Part shown: positions 7,918 through 17,254 of the stretch, piece by piece
Position numbering within the stretch: the first letter of the stretch is position 1
How the letters are laid out: each line of letters opens with the position of its first letter
Source: Oscillospiraceae bacterium
GTDB taxonomy: Bacteria; Bacillota; Clostridia; Oscillospirales; Oscillospiraceae
Assembly (NCBI GenBank): GCA_045595025.1
Contig: JAZNZR010000087.1
Location: 1,066-65,065, forward strand
Reading direction: 5' to 3'
DNA length: 64,000 nt
Notes under the pieces: model-generated
What the model was told of the DNA's origin: nothing
Database searches by the model: none
What the model saw: the letters and a program-made list of their open reading frames with translations, nothing else
Made by a program: the position numbers and the translations under genes

Positions 7918-9372
7918 TTAATATCCAACATTCCGGTCAATGATCGTTCCATCTATGGCATTCACAGTAAGCATAACGGAATATTGCTTACCGGCATATA
8001 CCATGTCCCGATACGTCTCATCCTCCACATCCATGTATTGCGTACCCCAAAAATCCCAGACAGGAACAAGAAGTCCTTCATCAAAGTTATCCTTGCTGCG
8101 AATTCGCATTAGGCTCAGACGAACATTGTCAATATCAATTTCCCTTATTAGCACAAAGCCACTTTTTTCATTAACTACTTTTTGGTCACTGTTTTTAACT
8201 ATTATCATCTTTGCGAAGATGTCAGATATATCCGAGAAGCTCATAAGCTGGGTGTCCGCGGTTTGAATCTCTGGTTCACTATAGGGATTCGTCCATGAGA
8301 AATATACCACTCCATCTTTGTTTACATTGATTGTGACACGCTCATAAGCCCAGGTACCAATATAAGACTCATTTTCGGGAACTGCGGTGCCGTTGATGGC
8401 GGGGAGCATACAGATGAGGCCATCGGGTTCAATTTGATATCGGGGACAATGAGCTATTGGGAATCCGTTAACCGTACGGACAAATTCCATTTCATAACCA
8501 GTGTCAAAACCGACGCGGTCCTGAACCAACTCGGATTCGTAGGAGTTGAAGTAAACCACCGCCTTGATCTGGTCGCAGACAAAAGTTCCCATGCCGAGCC
8601 GTTCCATCAAAGCCTTACCCATTTCAAGGGCCGCATCCTCCGTCATGTTTACCTCGACACTTTCCGGCAGCTGGTCCACATACACGTCCTTGCAACCCAT
8701 CAGATCGCCATAACCGTCCACATAGACAAGAGCTTCATCACCCTGCGCAGAACCGCTGCGAATGCTGACGTGCATTAGCTTGTTGTTAACCTCGGCGCAT
8801 CCTTCGATTACATCACCCCAAAAGGAATCAGTCTGATATGTCGTAGGAGCAGGAGTGCGCTCCCCTTCATCGGGAGCTGTCCTTACAAGCTCTGCATAGT
8901 ATTCTATAAGCCCAGGCAGTTCGTCTATTGTTCCGTCATGCTCCCATGGAATCTCGCCGCGTTGGATAGCCTGATAATGTTCCAGACGCTCCTGCGCCAT
9001 CTGTCTGGTAAAACCTTGTTCCTGCCAAAGGGTGCTTCCGTCCAGAAAGACATCCAGTATTTTATCAGCATCAGCCTGGGAGAAAGGCTGCCTCTCAATT
9101 TTAGCTGTTGGAATTAAATCCGAATCGGGAAGTGTAATTGCAGCATCGGCGTGTACAACAACACAATCATCAACACCGCTCCAGTCTCCTGAAAACATTT
9201 CTGGTACCTCCAGAGACGAAAGCTGGGAAGAATTCTCCTTGCCGCTCTGTGCTATCTCAATCATCATTTCCTGATTCTTTTCCGTTACCACAGGAGTATC
9301 CGGTGTCTTATGGCATCCAGCCATAATCAGCATTACTGAAGCCATCAGTATTAAAACAGTTTTCTTTTTCAT
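7918..9372 (-). CDS. Lipoprotein of unknown function
   Basis: 484 aa. MKKKTVLILMASVMLIMAGC has a lipobox (LIMAGC). No catalytic motif recognised. Confidence 0.75.
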   Translation of the reverse strand: MKKKTVLILMASVMLIMAGCHKTPDTPVVTEKNQEMMIEIAQSGKENSSQLSSLEVPEMFSGDWSGVDDCVVVHADAAITLPDSDLIPTAKIERQPFSQADADKILDVFLDGSTLWQEQGFTRQMAQERLEHYQAIQRGEIPWEHDGTIDELPGLIEYYAELVRTAPDEGERTPAPTTYQTDSFWGDVIEGCAEVNNKLMHVSIRSGSAQGDEALVYVDGYGDLMGCKDVYVDQLPESVEVNMTEDAALEMGKALMERLGMGTFVCDQIKAVVYFNSYESELVQDRVGFDTGYEMEFVRTVNGFPIAHCPRYQIEPDGLICMLPAINGTAVPENESYIGTWAYERVTINVNKDGVVYFSWTNPYSEPEIQTADTQLMSFSDISDIFAKMIIVKNSDQKVVNEKSGFVLIREIDIDNVRLSLMRIRSKDNFDEGLLVPVWDFWGTQYMDVEDETYRDMVYAGKQYSVMLTVNAIDGTIIDRNVGY

Positions 9373-9429
9373 ACATCTTTACCTCGTTTCTGCAGGATTG
9401 TCTAAATTATCTCTTAGCACCACAGAAAA

Positions 9430-9460
9430 GTCGTTACCAAAACATTACCGTTTTATTACT
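9430..9460 (-). promoter_or_regulatory. Second copy of the response-regulator box
   Basis: GTCGTTACCAAAACATTACCGTTTTATTACT. It overlaps the kinase stop codon (9456-9458) and lies 58 nt upstream of the lipoprotein ATG 9372. Confidence 0.55.
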
Positions 9461-10835
9461 CTTGAAAGCGTATCCTAACTGTTGTTCCCATTCCTTCCGC
9501 GCTCTCCACTTCAAGCTTTGCATTATGTGCTTGAACTATTTCTTTTACAAGAGCAAGACCTAGGCCAACTCCGCCGAGCTTTTTGCTTCTCGACTTATCC
9601 ACCATAAAAAAGGGTTCCGTGATGTGTTCCAAGGCATCGGGGGGAATTCCTTTTCCATTATCTGATACTTCAATCACATTTCCATGCGCTTTAACCGTCA
9701 CTTGCTGCCCCCACTTGGAAGCCTTTGCAGCATTGTCAACAAGGTTAACAAGGGCTGACTGCAAAAGGTCTATGTCTCCATTGATTGTTTGAGTTTCACA
9801 ACAAAAAGACAGATGTATGCCTTTTTCACAGAGGTTGGACTCAGTGCTCTCACGTACACGTTTCAATAACTCTTCAACAGAAAGCTCTGCAGTACGCATA
9901 TCATGACTTGCGGTCAAAAGTCTCAGCATTTTTTGAACGAGCCGTTCAAGCCACTTGCCCTGCATTTCAATGTTGTGTAAAGCGTCAGCCTGTTCGTCTT
10001 CGCTCATATATGTATTCTGTAGGGTGTCGGTATTAAGCAAAATACCGGTTAGCGGTGTTTTAAACTCATGAGTAACAGCGCCGATAAAAAGTTGCTGGCG
10101 CTGCGCAGTAGCAACGAGGTCATCTACATGCTTCTGGACAGACTCTGCCATATAGTTGAAGTTAATCGCTAGGGAACCTATTTCATCCTGCGTGCTGATT
10201 TCTGCTCGCTCCGTATAATTGCCCGACGCAATACTGGCTGCAGTGGATTGCAACTCACGAAGCGGTGCCATTGAGCGGCGCACAAGAAGAATAATAAAAC
10301 CCAAACCAATGATTGTGCAGATAAATCCAACTACCGCAAACCTCCATATCATTAAATGAATGCTGTCGTGTATTGGGCTTATATCTTCTGCCAAATATAT
10401 ATGGCATACTTGTCCCAGATGTTTCGCAACCATCGTTTGACTTCCAACGATAAAATACTCTTTCCCATTGATTTCCTCGGTATATTGCATCCTTTTTCCG
10501 CCAGCCTCAGGAATAAAATAGTCTTCAGGAGAAAATGAGAGCTGAGAATAAATTATTTCACCATTTACGATAAGTACAGCTGATGAATCTGCTAACTGAG
10601 AAAAGCAATAGTGCAGTAAGCTATGCACCACGGCTTCACCATCGCCATCCCCAGCATGTCGATTCATTTCCTGTGAAAATGAATATACAAGATTCTCCTG
10701 CCGTGCATAGGCTTGGTCATACGCCGAAGTCAACAGCGTGTCTTTAGTCATGCTAAGCAAAAGCGCAGAGCATATCACAACTATCACAATAAGCACCGCG
10801 CTGCATATCAGAGATACTTTATGCCACAACTTCAT
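9456..10835 (-). CDS. Sensor histidine kinase (HAMP-HisKA-HATPase)
   Basis: Start set at ATG 10835 (ATGA overlap with the regulator stop). Two TM segments, H-box THEFKTPLTGI, N-box LVDNAAKAS, G-boxes DNGKGIP and GGVGLGLALV. Confidence 0.9.
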   Translation of the reverse strand: MKLWHKVSLICSAVLIVIVVICSALLLSMTKDTLLTSAYDQAYARQENLVYSFSQEMNRHAGDGDGEAVVHSLLHYCFSQLADSSAVLIVNGEIIYSQLSFSPEDYFIPEAGGKRMQYTEEINGKEYFIVGSQTMVAKHLGQVCHIYLAEDISPIHDSIHLMIWRFAVVGFICTIIGLGFIILLVRRSMAPLRELQSTAASIASGNYTERAEISTQDEIGSLAINFNYMAESVQKHVDDLVATAQRQQLFIGAVTHEFKTPLTGILLNTDTLQNTYMSEDEQADALHNIEMQGKWLERLVQKMLRLLTASHDMRTAELSVEELLKRVRESTESNLCEKGIHLSFCCETQTINGDIDLLQSALVNLVDNAAKASKWGQQVTVKAHGNVIEVSDNGKGIPPDALEHITEPFFMVDKSRSKKLGGVGLGLALVKEIVQAHNAKLEVESAEGMGTTVRIRFQE

Positions 10836-11503
10836 TTTTTTCTCTCCTCCAGACGGTATCCTGTTTTGGATATGGTGCGTATCTCGTCCATCAGTCCAAG
10901 CTTTTTTCGTATATTGGATACTCGGACATCTACGGTTCTTAAATCTCCGAAATAGTCCTCGCCCCATATCTCATTGAGGATACGGTCACGAGAAACCGTT
11001 CGGTTTTTGTTGCGCACAAGCACACACAGCACATCAAACTCCAGAGGCGTGAGCTCAATCGCTTCCCCCGCCTTTGTGAGCGTCCTGTTCTCCGCGTCAA
11101 TGACCATATCCTGAAAACGGTACACCTGATTCAGTCGTCCCGTTCTTGCAAGCACCTTTTCAATGCGTACAAGCAGGGTGACAACTTCAAAGGGCTTTAC
11201 TATATAGTCCTCTGCGCCATCCCGTAATCCGCGAACCTCAGACTCGCTATCTGTCTTGGCAGTCATGTAGATCACAGGGATATTGTATCTTTCCATATAG
11301 GAGAAAAGCTCAAAGCCATCCATGCCGGGAAGCATGATGTCAAGCAGGGCCAGATCAAAGGAATGGTCCTTCTCCAGATATTCTGCGGCCTTTCTGCCAT
11401 CGTCAAAAACAAGGTAATCGTAACCAACGTATCTGAGATTGAGCGCAAGGGTGTCGGCTATGCCGCTGTCGTCCTCAACGATTAAAATTCTATTTGCTGC
11501 CAT
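10832..11503 (-). CDS. OmpR/PhoB-family response regulator
   Basis: 223 aa. Receiver domain (ILIVEDD...LLDIMLPGMDG...TAK) plus winged-helix output (LTPLEFDVL...GYRL). Confidence 0.93.
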   Translation of the reverse strand: MAANRILIVEDDSGIADTLALNLRYVGYDYLVFDDGRKAAEYLEKDHSFDLALLDIMLPGMDGFELFSYMERYNIPVIYMTAKTDSESEVRGLRDGAEDYIVKPFEVVTLLVRIEKVLARTGRLNQVYRFQDMVIDAENRTLTKAGEAIELTPLEFDVLCVLVRNKNRTVSRDRILNEIWGEDYFGDLRTVDVRVSNIRKKLGLMDEIRTISKTGYRLEERKK

Positions 11504-11557
11504 GTTTTCATCCTTCCTTTCGCCATGATTAATTATACCATAGTCTCAAAACAAAAA

Positions 11558-11575
11558 GATTACCGAAATATTACT
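11558..11575 (-). promoter_or_regulatory. Two-repeat version of the response-regulator box upstream of the regulator gene
   Basis: The + strand reads GATTACCGAAATATTACT, the same ATTACCG-N4-ATTACT core as the two 31-bp boxes. It lies 55 nt upstream of ATG 11503. Confidence 0.4.
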
Positions 11576-11579
11576 GTTG

Positions 11580-11915
11580 TTAGTTTGCAAGTAGTCCTCT
11601 CACCATAGTAGTTATCGTGTCATAAACAACACGTCTGCTTTTTGAGTCCAATTTCTGATAATCCCGCTCTAAACCGCTACTCCTTCTTTCAAATCTCGGC
11701 GGCAACAAATCAGATACCGACACCTGCAAAACCTCTGCAGCACACAACAGTGCAGCTATGGGAACCGATGTTTTTCCGTTTTCAATTCGGTAGAGCGTAC
11801 TGACGGCCATATCCATAGCCTCGGCTAAATCTTCCTGTGACATTCCTCGGCTCACCCGCTCGTCTCTAATACGGCTTCCCAAGTAGTAAATGTCCTGACT
11901 ATAGTCCAAAGCCAA
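11580..11915 (-). CDS. XRE-family HTH transcriptional regulator
   Basis: MSQEDLAEAMDMAVSTLYRIENGKTSVPIAALLCAAEVLQVSVSDLL is a classic HTH_3. Start placed at TTG 11915 (GGAGG, then a 7-nt spacer). The track ATG at 11963 lies inside the hairpin 11936-11988. The start is uncertain. Confidence 0.7.
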   Translation of the reverse strand: MALDYSQDIYYLGSRIRDERVSRGMSQEDLAEAMDMAVSTLYRIENGKTSVPIAALLCAAEVLQVSVSDLLPPRFERRSSGLERDYQKLDSKSRRVVYDTITTMVRGLLAN

Positions 11916-11935
11916 TACGCCACCTCCCCTCAAGC

Positions 11936-11988
11936 AAAAATAACGCCTGGCGTTGCAGTACATTGCTACAGCAGCCGGCGTTATTTTT
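11936..11988 (-). terminator. Hairpin, probable terminator between the ArpU-like and XRE genes
   Basis: 12-bp arms AAAAATAACGCC / GGCGTTATTTTT with a 29-nt partly self-pairing loop; U-rich flanks on both strands. Confidence 0.4.
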
Positions 11989-12114
11989 ATTTTGATTCAG
12001 TTACCTGCTACAGCATCTAAATTGTAGCAGAAATTGGTCGGACTTTCAGTTTCAAAGCAATCGGTTTTTTGTCTGATTTGAGTCGGAAAAATGTCGGACT
12101 TTTGTCGTATCACC

Positions 12115-12651
12115 TCATGTGTATTTGTTCGAAAAAAGCTCCTCCAGTCTTGGGATTTCAGTACCCCACAGCACGACCCCGAACACCATGATAGCTTCCT
12201 TTTTGCGGTCGTAGTATCTGCTTCTCTCCATACTCAGTGCATCAAGCAGCTCGGCCTCCGTGTACTTTACTCTGACAAGAAAGCCCTTCGAGAGGATTTC
12301 ATGGTACTGCTCTCCGTAGTCAGGGAATTCTCTGACCCGCATTAGTGTCTCTTCAACTAGCTCAACCAAAAGCCTGTTATCTTGCAACTGACTGAGCTTG
12401 GCCTCAAAAACGCTCTTTTTTTCTTCAGGCAGATAGGCCTTGAGATAGTCAATCATCAGTTTCAGGTTTGGATTATTTATGTAATACGAAGCATCCCCAG
12501 GAGCACCTGTTCGCCTGTATGTTACCCAACACGCATTTCTGTAGCAGCTCAGCAGAAGCTTAGCCTTTTTATAAAGATACTCTTCATCAATTTCTTGCAT
12601 TGCACACATGGCACGAATGGAATTCCACACACTTGATTGTCGCCTTGCCAT
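12115..12651 (-). CDS. Putative ArpU/DUF1492-like transcription regulator (sigma region-4-like HTH)
   Basis: 178 aa. The C-terminal YTEAELLDALSMERSRYYDRKKEAIMVFGVVLWG has the region-4-type HTH pattern. Assignment is by pattern only. Confidence 0.4.
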   Translation of the reverse strand: MARRQSSVWNSIRAMCAMQEIDEEYLYKKAKLLLSCYRNACWVTYRRTGAPGDASYYINNPNLKLMIDYLKAYLPEEKKSVFEAKLSQLQDNRLLVELVEETLMRVREFPDYGEQYHEILSKGFLVRVKYTEAELLDALSMERSRYYDRKKEAIMVFGVVLWGTEIPRLEELFSNKYT

Positions 12652-12710
12652 AGCTTACACTCCTTTATCCTTGGTTCATCACGCACAGCAATTAATCCTA
12701 ACAATAAAAC

Positions 12711-13343
12711 TTACAGGTTCTTGATTACATTAACAGCGACTCCTTGGATGACGCAATCCTTCACAAGAATATCAGACAGTCTTGAGTTTTCAGGATGAAG
12801 ACGAATATGTTCCTTCTCGGGATAGTAGGTTTTCAGTGTTGCTTCCTCATCGTTTAACAGTGCAACAACGATCTGTCCGGGATTGGCATAGTTCTGATGG
12901 CGAACCAACACCATGTCTCCATCATTAATTCCCGCCTCAATCATTGAGTCTCCAAAAGCCCTTAGTAAAAAGTAATCTCCCCTGCCAAAGAGCACCTCCG
13001 GAAGGCACACATACTCATCGATACTGCTTTCTGCATACTTTGGTATCCCGCAGGAAACCTGTCCAAGAACGGGAACAGCGAGGGTATTGGTCTTAGCCTG
13101 CATCTGCTTTCTTGTTTGAATCCCCCTGTGGCCGCTATACTCAACCACACCGTTTTCTCTCATAATGGACAGATATCTGGAAACTGTGGAGAGCGAAAGG
13201 CCCGTACCATTGGCTATTTCCCTATTAGAGGGGCATATGCCGTATTTGTCTATATGGCCATCAACGTATTTCTCGATAATCTCGAAATTCTCAGGATTCT
13301 TCTTTCTCACTAACCCGCCGCCTTTCAGAAACATTTGTTTCAC
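12711..13343 (-). CDS. LexA-like S24 autopeptidase repressor
   Basis: Aligns by eye along E. coli LexA: GQVSCGIP (vs GRVAAGEP), FGDSM (Ser nucleophile), ATLKTY (Lys), LHPENS, IQGVAVNVIKN. N-terminal winged helix. An alternative GTG start at 13310 is possible. Confidence 0.85.
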   Translation of the reverse strand: MKQMFLKGGGLVRKKNPENFEIIEKYVDGHIDKYGICPSNREIANGTGLSLSTVSRYLSIMRENGVVEYSGHRGIQTRKQMQAKTNTLAVPVLGQVSCGIPKYAESSIDEYVCLPEVLFGRGDYFLLRAFGDSMIEAGINDGDMVLVRHQNYANPGQIVVALLNDEEATLKTYYPEKEHIRLHPENSRLSDILVKDCVIQGVAVNVIKNL

Positions 13344-13461
13344 TTAGTTAATGCAATTATATTTACCCACTTTATTCGTGTCAATAATACACAGCGCAGT
13401 TTCGGCGCGTCCTGATGCAGATGTCATTTTTTTGTGACTCTCCCACAGTGCAAATTATAAA

Positions 13462-13510
13462 TAAAAAAACACGTTCCTCCACTATCGGCGTCCTGATAGT
13501 GGAGGAACGT
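13462..13510 (-). terminator. Very strong orphan rho-independent terminator (reverse strand)
   Basis: Perfect 17-bp stem CACGTTCCTCCACTATC / GATAGTGGAGGAACGTG with an 8-nt loop. A7 at 13462-13468 gives a U7 tail on the reverse strand. No annotated reverse-strand gene ends upstream of it. Confidence 0.7.
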
Positions 13511-13623
13511 GCTAATATTGACACTGAGAACAAATATCTCTGCTACTGATGTTTTCAATATACTGAACGTCCCGTGGCGTATGGAAAACGGTTCAAGTTC
13601 AATCTAGGTTATACCGAAAAACC

Positions 13624-13678
13624 TTGACAAATCCATCCTACAATTGTAGTATATAGACAAATACTACAATTGTAGGAT
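13624..13678 (+). promoter_or_regulatory. Promoter plus twin BlaI/MecI-type operators (pair 1)
   Basis: TTGACA (13624-13629), 17 nt, TAGTAT (13647-13652). The 12-bp palindrome CTACAATTGTAG occurs at 13638-13649 and 13664-13675 (TACA-N4-TGTA core). The two 18-nt blocks ATCCTACAATTGTAGTAT / ATACTACAATTGTAGGAT are exact inverted copies. Confidence 0.75.
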
Positions 13679-13692
13679 AAGGAGGAGCGCAT

Positions 13693-14052
13693 ATGAAACT
13701 TAGTGAAGCAGAATGGTGCGTAATGGAAAGCCTATGGCGTGGAGAGCGGCACAGCCTTGCCGCTGTCAGTGCAGAGTTAAAAACCCGCAAGGGTTGGAGT
13801 AAAAACACAGTTCACACCTACCTGACAAGAATGGAGAAAAAAGGTCTTGTGAGCATTGACCACGCCCTCGCTGAGCCATATGCTGCCGCAATCAGCCGCG
13901 CCCAGTGTGCACGCAAGGAGAGAGCAGAGCTTCTGGACCGCGTTTACGGTGGCGAGGCCAGTGAACTTATCGCCGCTTTTTTGAAGGAATCCAACATAAG
14001 CCGAGAGGAAGTGGCACGCCTGCGTAGTCTGCTGGACGAGATGGAGGTGTGA
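13693..14052 (+). CDS. BlaI/MecI/CopY-family repressor (pair 1)
   Basis: 119 aa. LSEAEWCVMESLW...WSKNTVHTYLTRMEKKGLV winged helix. Confidence 0.9.
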   Translation: MKLSEAEWCVMESLWRGERHSLAAVSAELKTRKGWSKNTVHTYLTRMEKKGLVSIDHALAEPYAAAISRAQCARKERAELLDRVYGGEASELIAAFLKESNISREEVARLRSLLDEMEV

Positions 14053-14056
14053 GGCC

Positions 14057-16105
14057 ATGAGCAACATCTGGGAAGTGTTGCTACAAAGCTGCACTATTAC
14101 CATCTGTGCTGCGATACTGCTCATTGTGAAGAGCGCCCTGCGGGATAAGCTCTCGCCACGCTGGCAGTACGGCGTGTGGGGCGCGCTGGCGCTGCGCATA
14201 GTCTGGCCTACATCCATGTCAAAAACCCTGATTTTCAATTTCCCACTGTGGTTTGAGCTACTGAAGACTCAATTTGAAAACGGCAGCAGCGCCTATGCGG
14301 ACAAATATGTTCCATTGGACCCCAAAAGCGGTCTGCCATGGATTACCGCCGCACCGAGGAGCTTTGTGGACTGGCTTTTCATCATTTACATCATTGGAAT
14401 ATTCGTCTTTCTTCTACGCCATCTTTGGGGCTACATCCGCCTACGCAGTCTCTTGAGGTGCGGCGGTGAACCCGATGTGGAGCTGCGAGAGATCATGGAA
14501 CGGGTTTGCTCGCACTATGGTTTGCGGCCCTGTCGAATAGTCACTGTGGCGGAGCTGCCTACTGCCTTCGTCTGCGGAGTATTTCGCCCTGTATTAGCAG
14601 TGCCTGCGGAAAAACTGGTGGACGACAAGGTGCTGCTGCATGAGCTGTTGCACCTTCGTCATCAAGACGTTTTGCAAAATGTGCTTTGGTGCTGTCTGCG
14701 GGCTCTGCACTGGTGGAACATTTTCCTCATCCCCGTTTTCGAGCGCATTGGCAACGAGCTTGAATCCCTCTGCGATCAGCGTGTACTGGAGCGACTGGAG
14801 GGAGAGGAGCGGCGCGAATACGGCGGTATTCTATTAGGCATGGCATCGAAAAAGTATGCCCGTGCAGTCGGCACAAGCTCCATATCTAACGGCGGTGAGT
14901 TCATCTCTGAACGCATTGAAGCAATCGCTCGCTTCAAAAAATACCCCCAGGGTATGGCTCTTGTTAGTTTGTGCATTGCTTTTGTGTTAGGCATCGGGCT
15001 CCTTAGTGGCTCGGTGCAGGATTATCAGGGTACAAATTTCACCCGCAGCGCCTACACCGTGAATAACGCCGACAACATCAACCGCAGTATGGCCGTTACT
15101 AGACTTGCACGCTGCCGTACGGCCGCCGCAGCTATTGATACTTACGCCAAAGCCATGTTCTACAGCAACGGTTATTATCTGGCCACAGCAAGTCCAATAG
15201 ACGAGCAGGAATTCATAAAAGTGGAGTTGGAGACCAATAGAAAGCCCAACCACGCCGATGTGCATATTGACAGCGGTGCGGAGTTTGAGTATCTGCAGTT
15301 TCTTGGCACAAGCGGATATCTGCTAGGGAACTATACCGAAAATCCTGACGGCACCGTAGACGCTGTGCTGCAGTTCGGCGTGAGTCGTCTCCAGAACAAT
15401 GCGGGCGAGCAGATAATCTATGAATATGTACGAGATGGCGAAGAACTCTTCGAACACGGCGGTGCAGTTATGCTCAGCGTCCGCGCAGAGGAGACAGAAA
15501 ACGGCTGGATAGCCTATGAAACCGCAGAGCGCCGCCTTGTGCTAAAAAATAAGCTTAATCGCTTGGATCTTATGGGTATGACAGCCGAGCCGGGCTTTGA
15601 AAAAACCATTCATACGCCCCATGGCAACATTACATTGCTAGGAATAGTTAACCACAGCATGACACCGTTTTCATACGGCACATTTTTCTATGATGAGAAG
15701 CTGCATTTGGACAGCGAATACACGGAAACCATGATTACGAAGCTTGAGTATGATCTATTGGATTTCCCTGCAGAAGGCATCACGGAGAGTCTCACCACGA
15801 TTGACTGGCCCGCTAGTGATGTTAGCATGGAGATAGTTACCATCCAGAATGAGGGCGACGAGTGGAGTTTCGTCTACGACTATGCACTGCCCACCCGCGG
15901 CACTGGCAACACCGCCTTGGTCTTGGATGATACTCGTTCCTACACCAGCTGGTCGACCAACTTCTTCAACAAGTTTGAGGCCTGCCCATACCTATCCAAA
16001 ATGGAACTTGACGAAGTACCCTGGGGCTACGCCGTGCGCATCTGTTGGGATGACGAGATTGTGGAGGAAATTGTGTTCCCTCTTGAGGAGGTGCTTGGCC
16101 AATGA
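14057..16105 (+). CDS. BlaR1-type M56 metalloprotease signal transducer, non-PBP ectodomain (pair 1)
   Basis: 682 aa. N-terminal TM bundle with HELLHLRHQD (HExxH). The C-terminal ~370 aa has no SxxK/PBP motifs that I can see. Confidence 0.85.
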   Translation: MSNIWEVLLQSCTITICAAILLIVKSALRDKLSPRWQYGVWGALALRIVWPTSMSKTLIFNFPLWFELLKTQFENGSSAYADKYVPLDPKSGLPWITAAPRSFVDWLFIIYIIGIFVFLLRHLWGYIRLRSLLRCGGEPDVELREIMERVCSHYGLRPCRIVTVAELPTAFVCGVFRPVLAVPAEKLVDDKVLLHELLHLRHQDVLQNVLWCCLRALHWWNIFLIPVFERIGNELESLCDQRVLERLEGEERREYGGILLGMASKKYARAVGTSSISNGGEFISERIEAIARFKKYPQGMALVSLCIAFVLGIGLLSGSVQDYQGTNFTRSAYTVNNADNINRSMAVTRLARCRTAAAAIDTYAKAMFYSNGYYLATASPIDEQEFIKVELETNRKPNHADVHIDSGAEFEYLQFLGTSGYLLGNYTENPDGTVDAVLQFGVSRLQNNAGEQIIYEYVRDGEELFEHGGAVMLSVRAEETENGWIAYETAERRLVLKNKLNRLDLMGMTAEPGFEKTIHTPHGNITLLGIVNHSMTPFSYGTFFYDEKLHLDSEYTETMITKLEYDLLDFPAEGITESLTTIDWPASDVSMEIVTIQNEGDEWSFVYDYALPTRGTGNTALVLDDTRSYTSWSTNFFNKFEACPYLSKMELDEVPWGYAVRICWDDEIVEEIVFPLEEVLGQ

Positions 16106-16758
16106 AAGACAGAAATCCCATTGCCGACGCTGTGTCCACCATCGCCTGGGCCTTTGTGATATTACATCTGGACTTTAATATTGGGCGTCTGAATCTGCTA
16201 GGCAACTGGATAGGCTACTGGATGATAGCAGATGCCGTGGCAAAGCTTGCAAAGGAAAGGCCCGAGTCCGGACTGCTGCGTCCCCTCGCCGTGGGACTTG
16301 CGGTATGGGACGGAATATGTAACGCTCTCTGGCTGTTCCTTGGTCTTACAGTGAATATCTTCGCCTTAATTATTGTGGAAGTCGTTCTTATGCTCTATCT
16401 GAGATTCCAGCTGCTTACCAATCTTGCCGACATCGCGGGGGCTCACCGTTGCCCTCAGCAGCGCAGTCTACTGGTGCTGAGGACAGTGCAAACTCTGCTT
16501 CTGACTGCTGCCATGCTTTTGCCGGAGTTCAAGACAGGCATCTGGAGCCACACTCTCAGTCTGAACTGGAATCCTATCAATTTCTTCATTTATCTGCCCG
16601 AGGTGGTCACAACCTACGGCACCATCGCTGTCAATATGGCAGTGGCGGTGTGGGTATGTGTGGTGCTTTTTTCCCTGAGGAGGAGCCTTGGTTGGAAACC
16701 TCCTCCCCGCTCCGAGCCACCTAAACCGGAAGAGTTCCCACCCTTGAATCTCTTATAA
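16102..16758 (+). CDS. Polytopic membrane protein, third gene of pair-1 operon
   Basis: ATGA overlap with the blaR1-like stop. About 6 hydrophobic helices and a Pro-rich tail. Confidence 0.6.
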   Translation: MKDRNPIADAVSTIAWAFVILHLDFNIGRLNLLGNWIGYWMIADAVAKLAKERPESGLLRPLAVGLAVWDGICNALWLFLGLTVNIFALIIVEVVLMLYLRFQLLTNLADIAGAHRCPQQRSLLVLRTVQTLLLTAAMLLPEFKTGIWSHTLSLNWNPINFFIYLPEVVTTYGTIAVNMAVAVWVCVVLFSLRRSLGWKPPPRSEPPKPEEFPPLNLL

Positions 16759-16803
16759 GGAATAAGGCTTCCTCGGTTGAGGAAGCCTTATTCCTTTTTT
16801 CGT
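16757..16803 (+). terminator. Rho-independent terminator
   Basis: 18-bp stem AAGGAATAAGGCTTCCTC / GAGGAAGCCTTATTCCTT with loop GGTT, followed by a T run. Confidence 0.9.
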
Positions 16804-17254
16804 TTGTTTTTTACCGGCAACCTCACTGTATTTCTTCGGCTCTCTGTTTTTGATGCCATATCAGGAAGCCGCATATGCAGCCTTCTATCGGGATGTCTCT
16901 GGAACAGCACCGGCGGCATCGAACCTTCCGCAGGATAATCGTCCCGCATGGTCCGGGAATTAAACGGCGTTTGAGTCAGGATCTCGTGAAAAGCGCGTGG
17001 TTTCCGGATAACAATTTAACAGAGCCCCTATGACGGCATTTTTGCTATCATAGGGGCTCTTAACTTGTGTAATATTGTGATCCACAGGTCGCCTCTGCGA
17101 TATATATCCTCTCCAAATGCCCCTTCTTTCATAGCGCGGTACTATTCGAATAGGAAATATGGGTCTATACTTGTGTCGTCATCCTTCATCAACACCAAAA
17201 TAAATGCGGTACTTTTCCTTAATCTTGCCCCGTCCTCGTTGGAGGTTGCATAAC

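Noticed and set aside
16800-17254. 450-bp gap with a hairpin (AGAGCCCCTATGA...TCATAGGGGCTCT, about 17021-17062) and a short frame containing ...DIYRRGDLWI..., reminiscent of the MazF RGD motif.
   Set aside because: The frames are under 40 codons and interrupted, and the RGD-like match is 5 residues only. This is probably decayed sequence, with no supportable feature beyond the hairpin.
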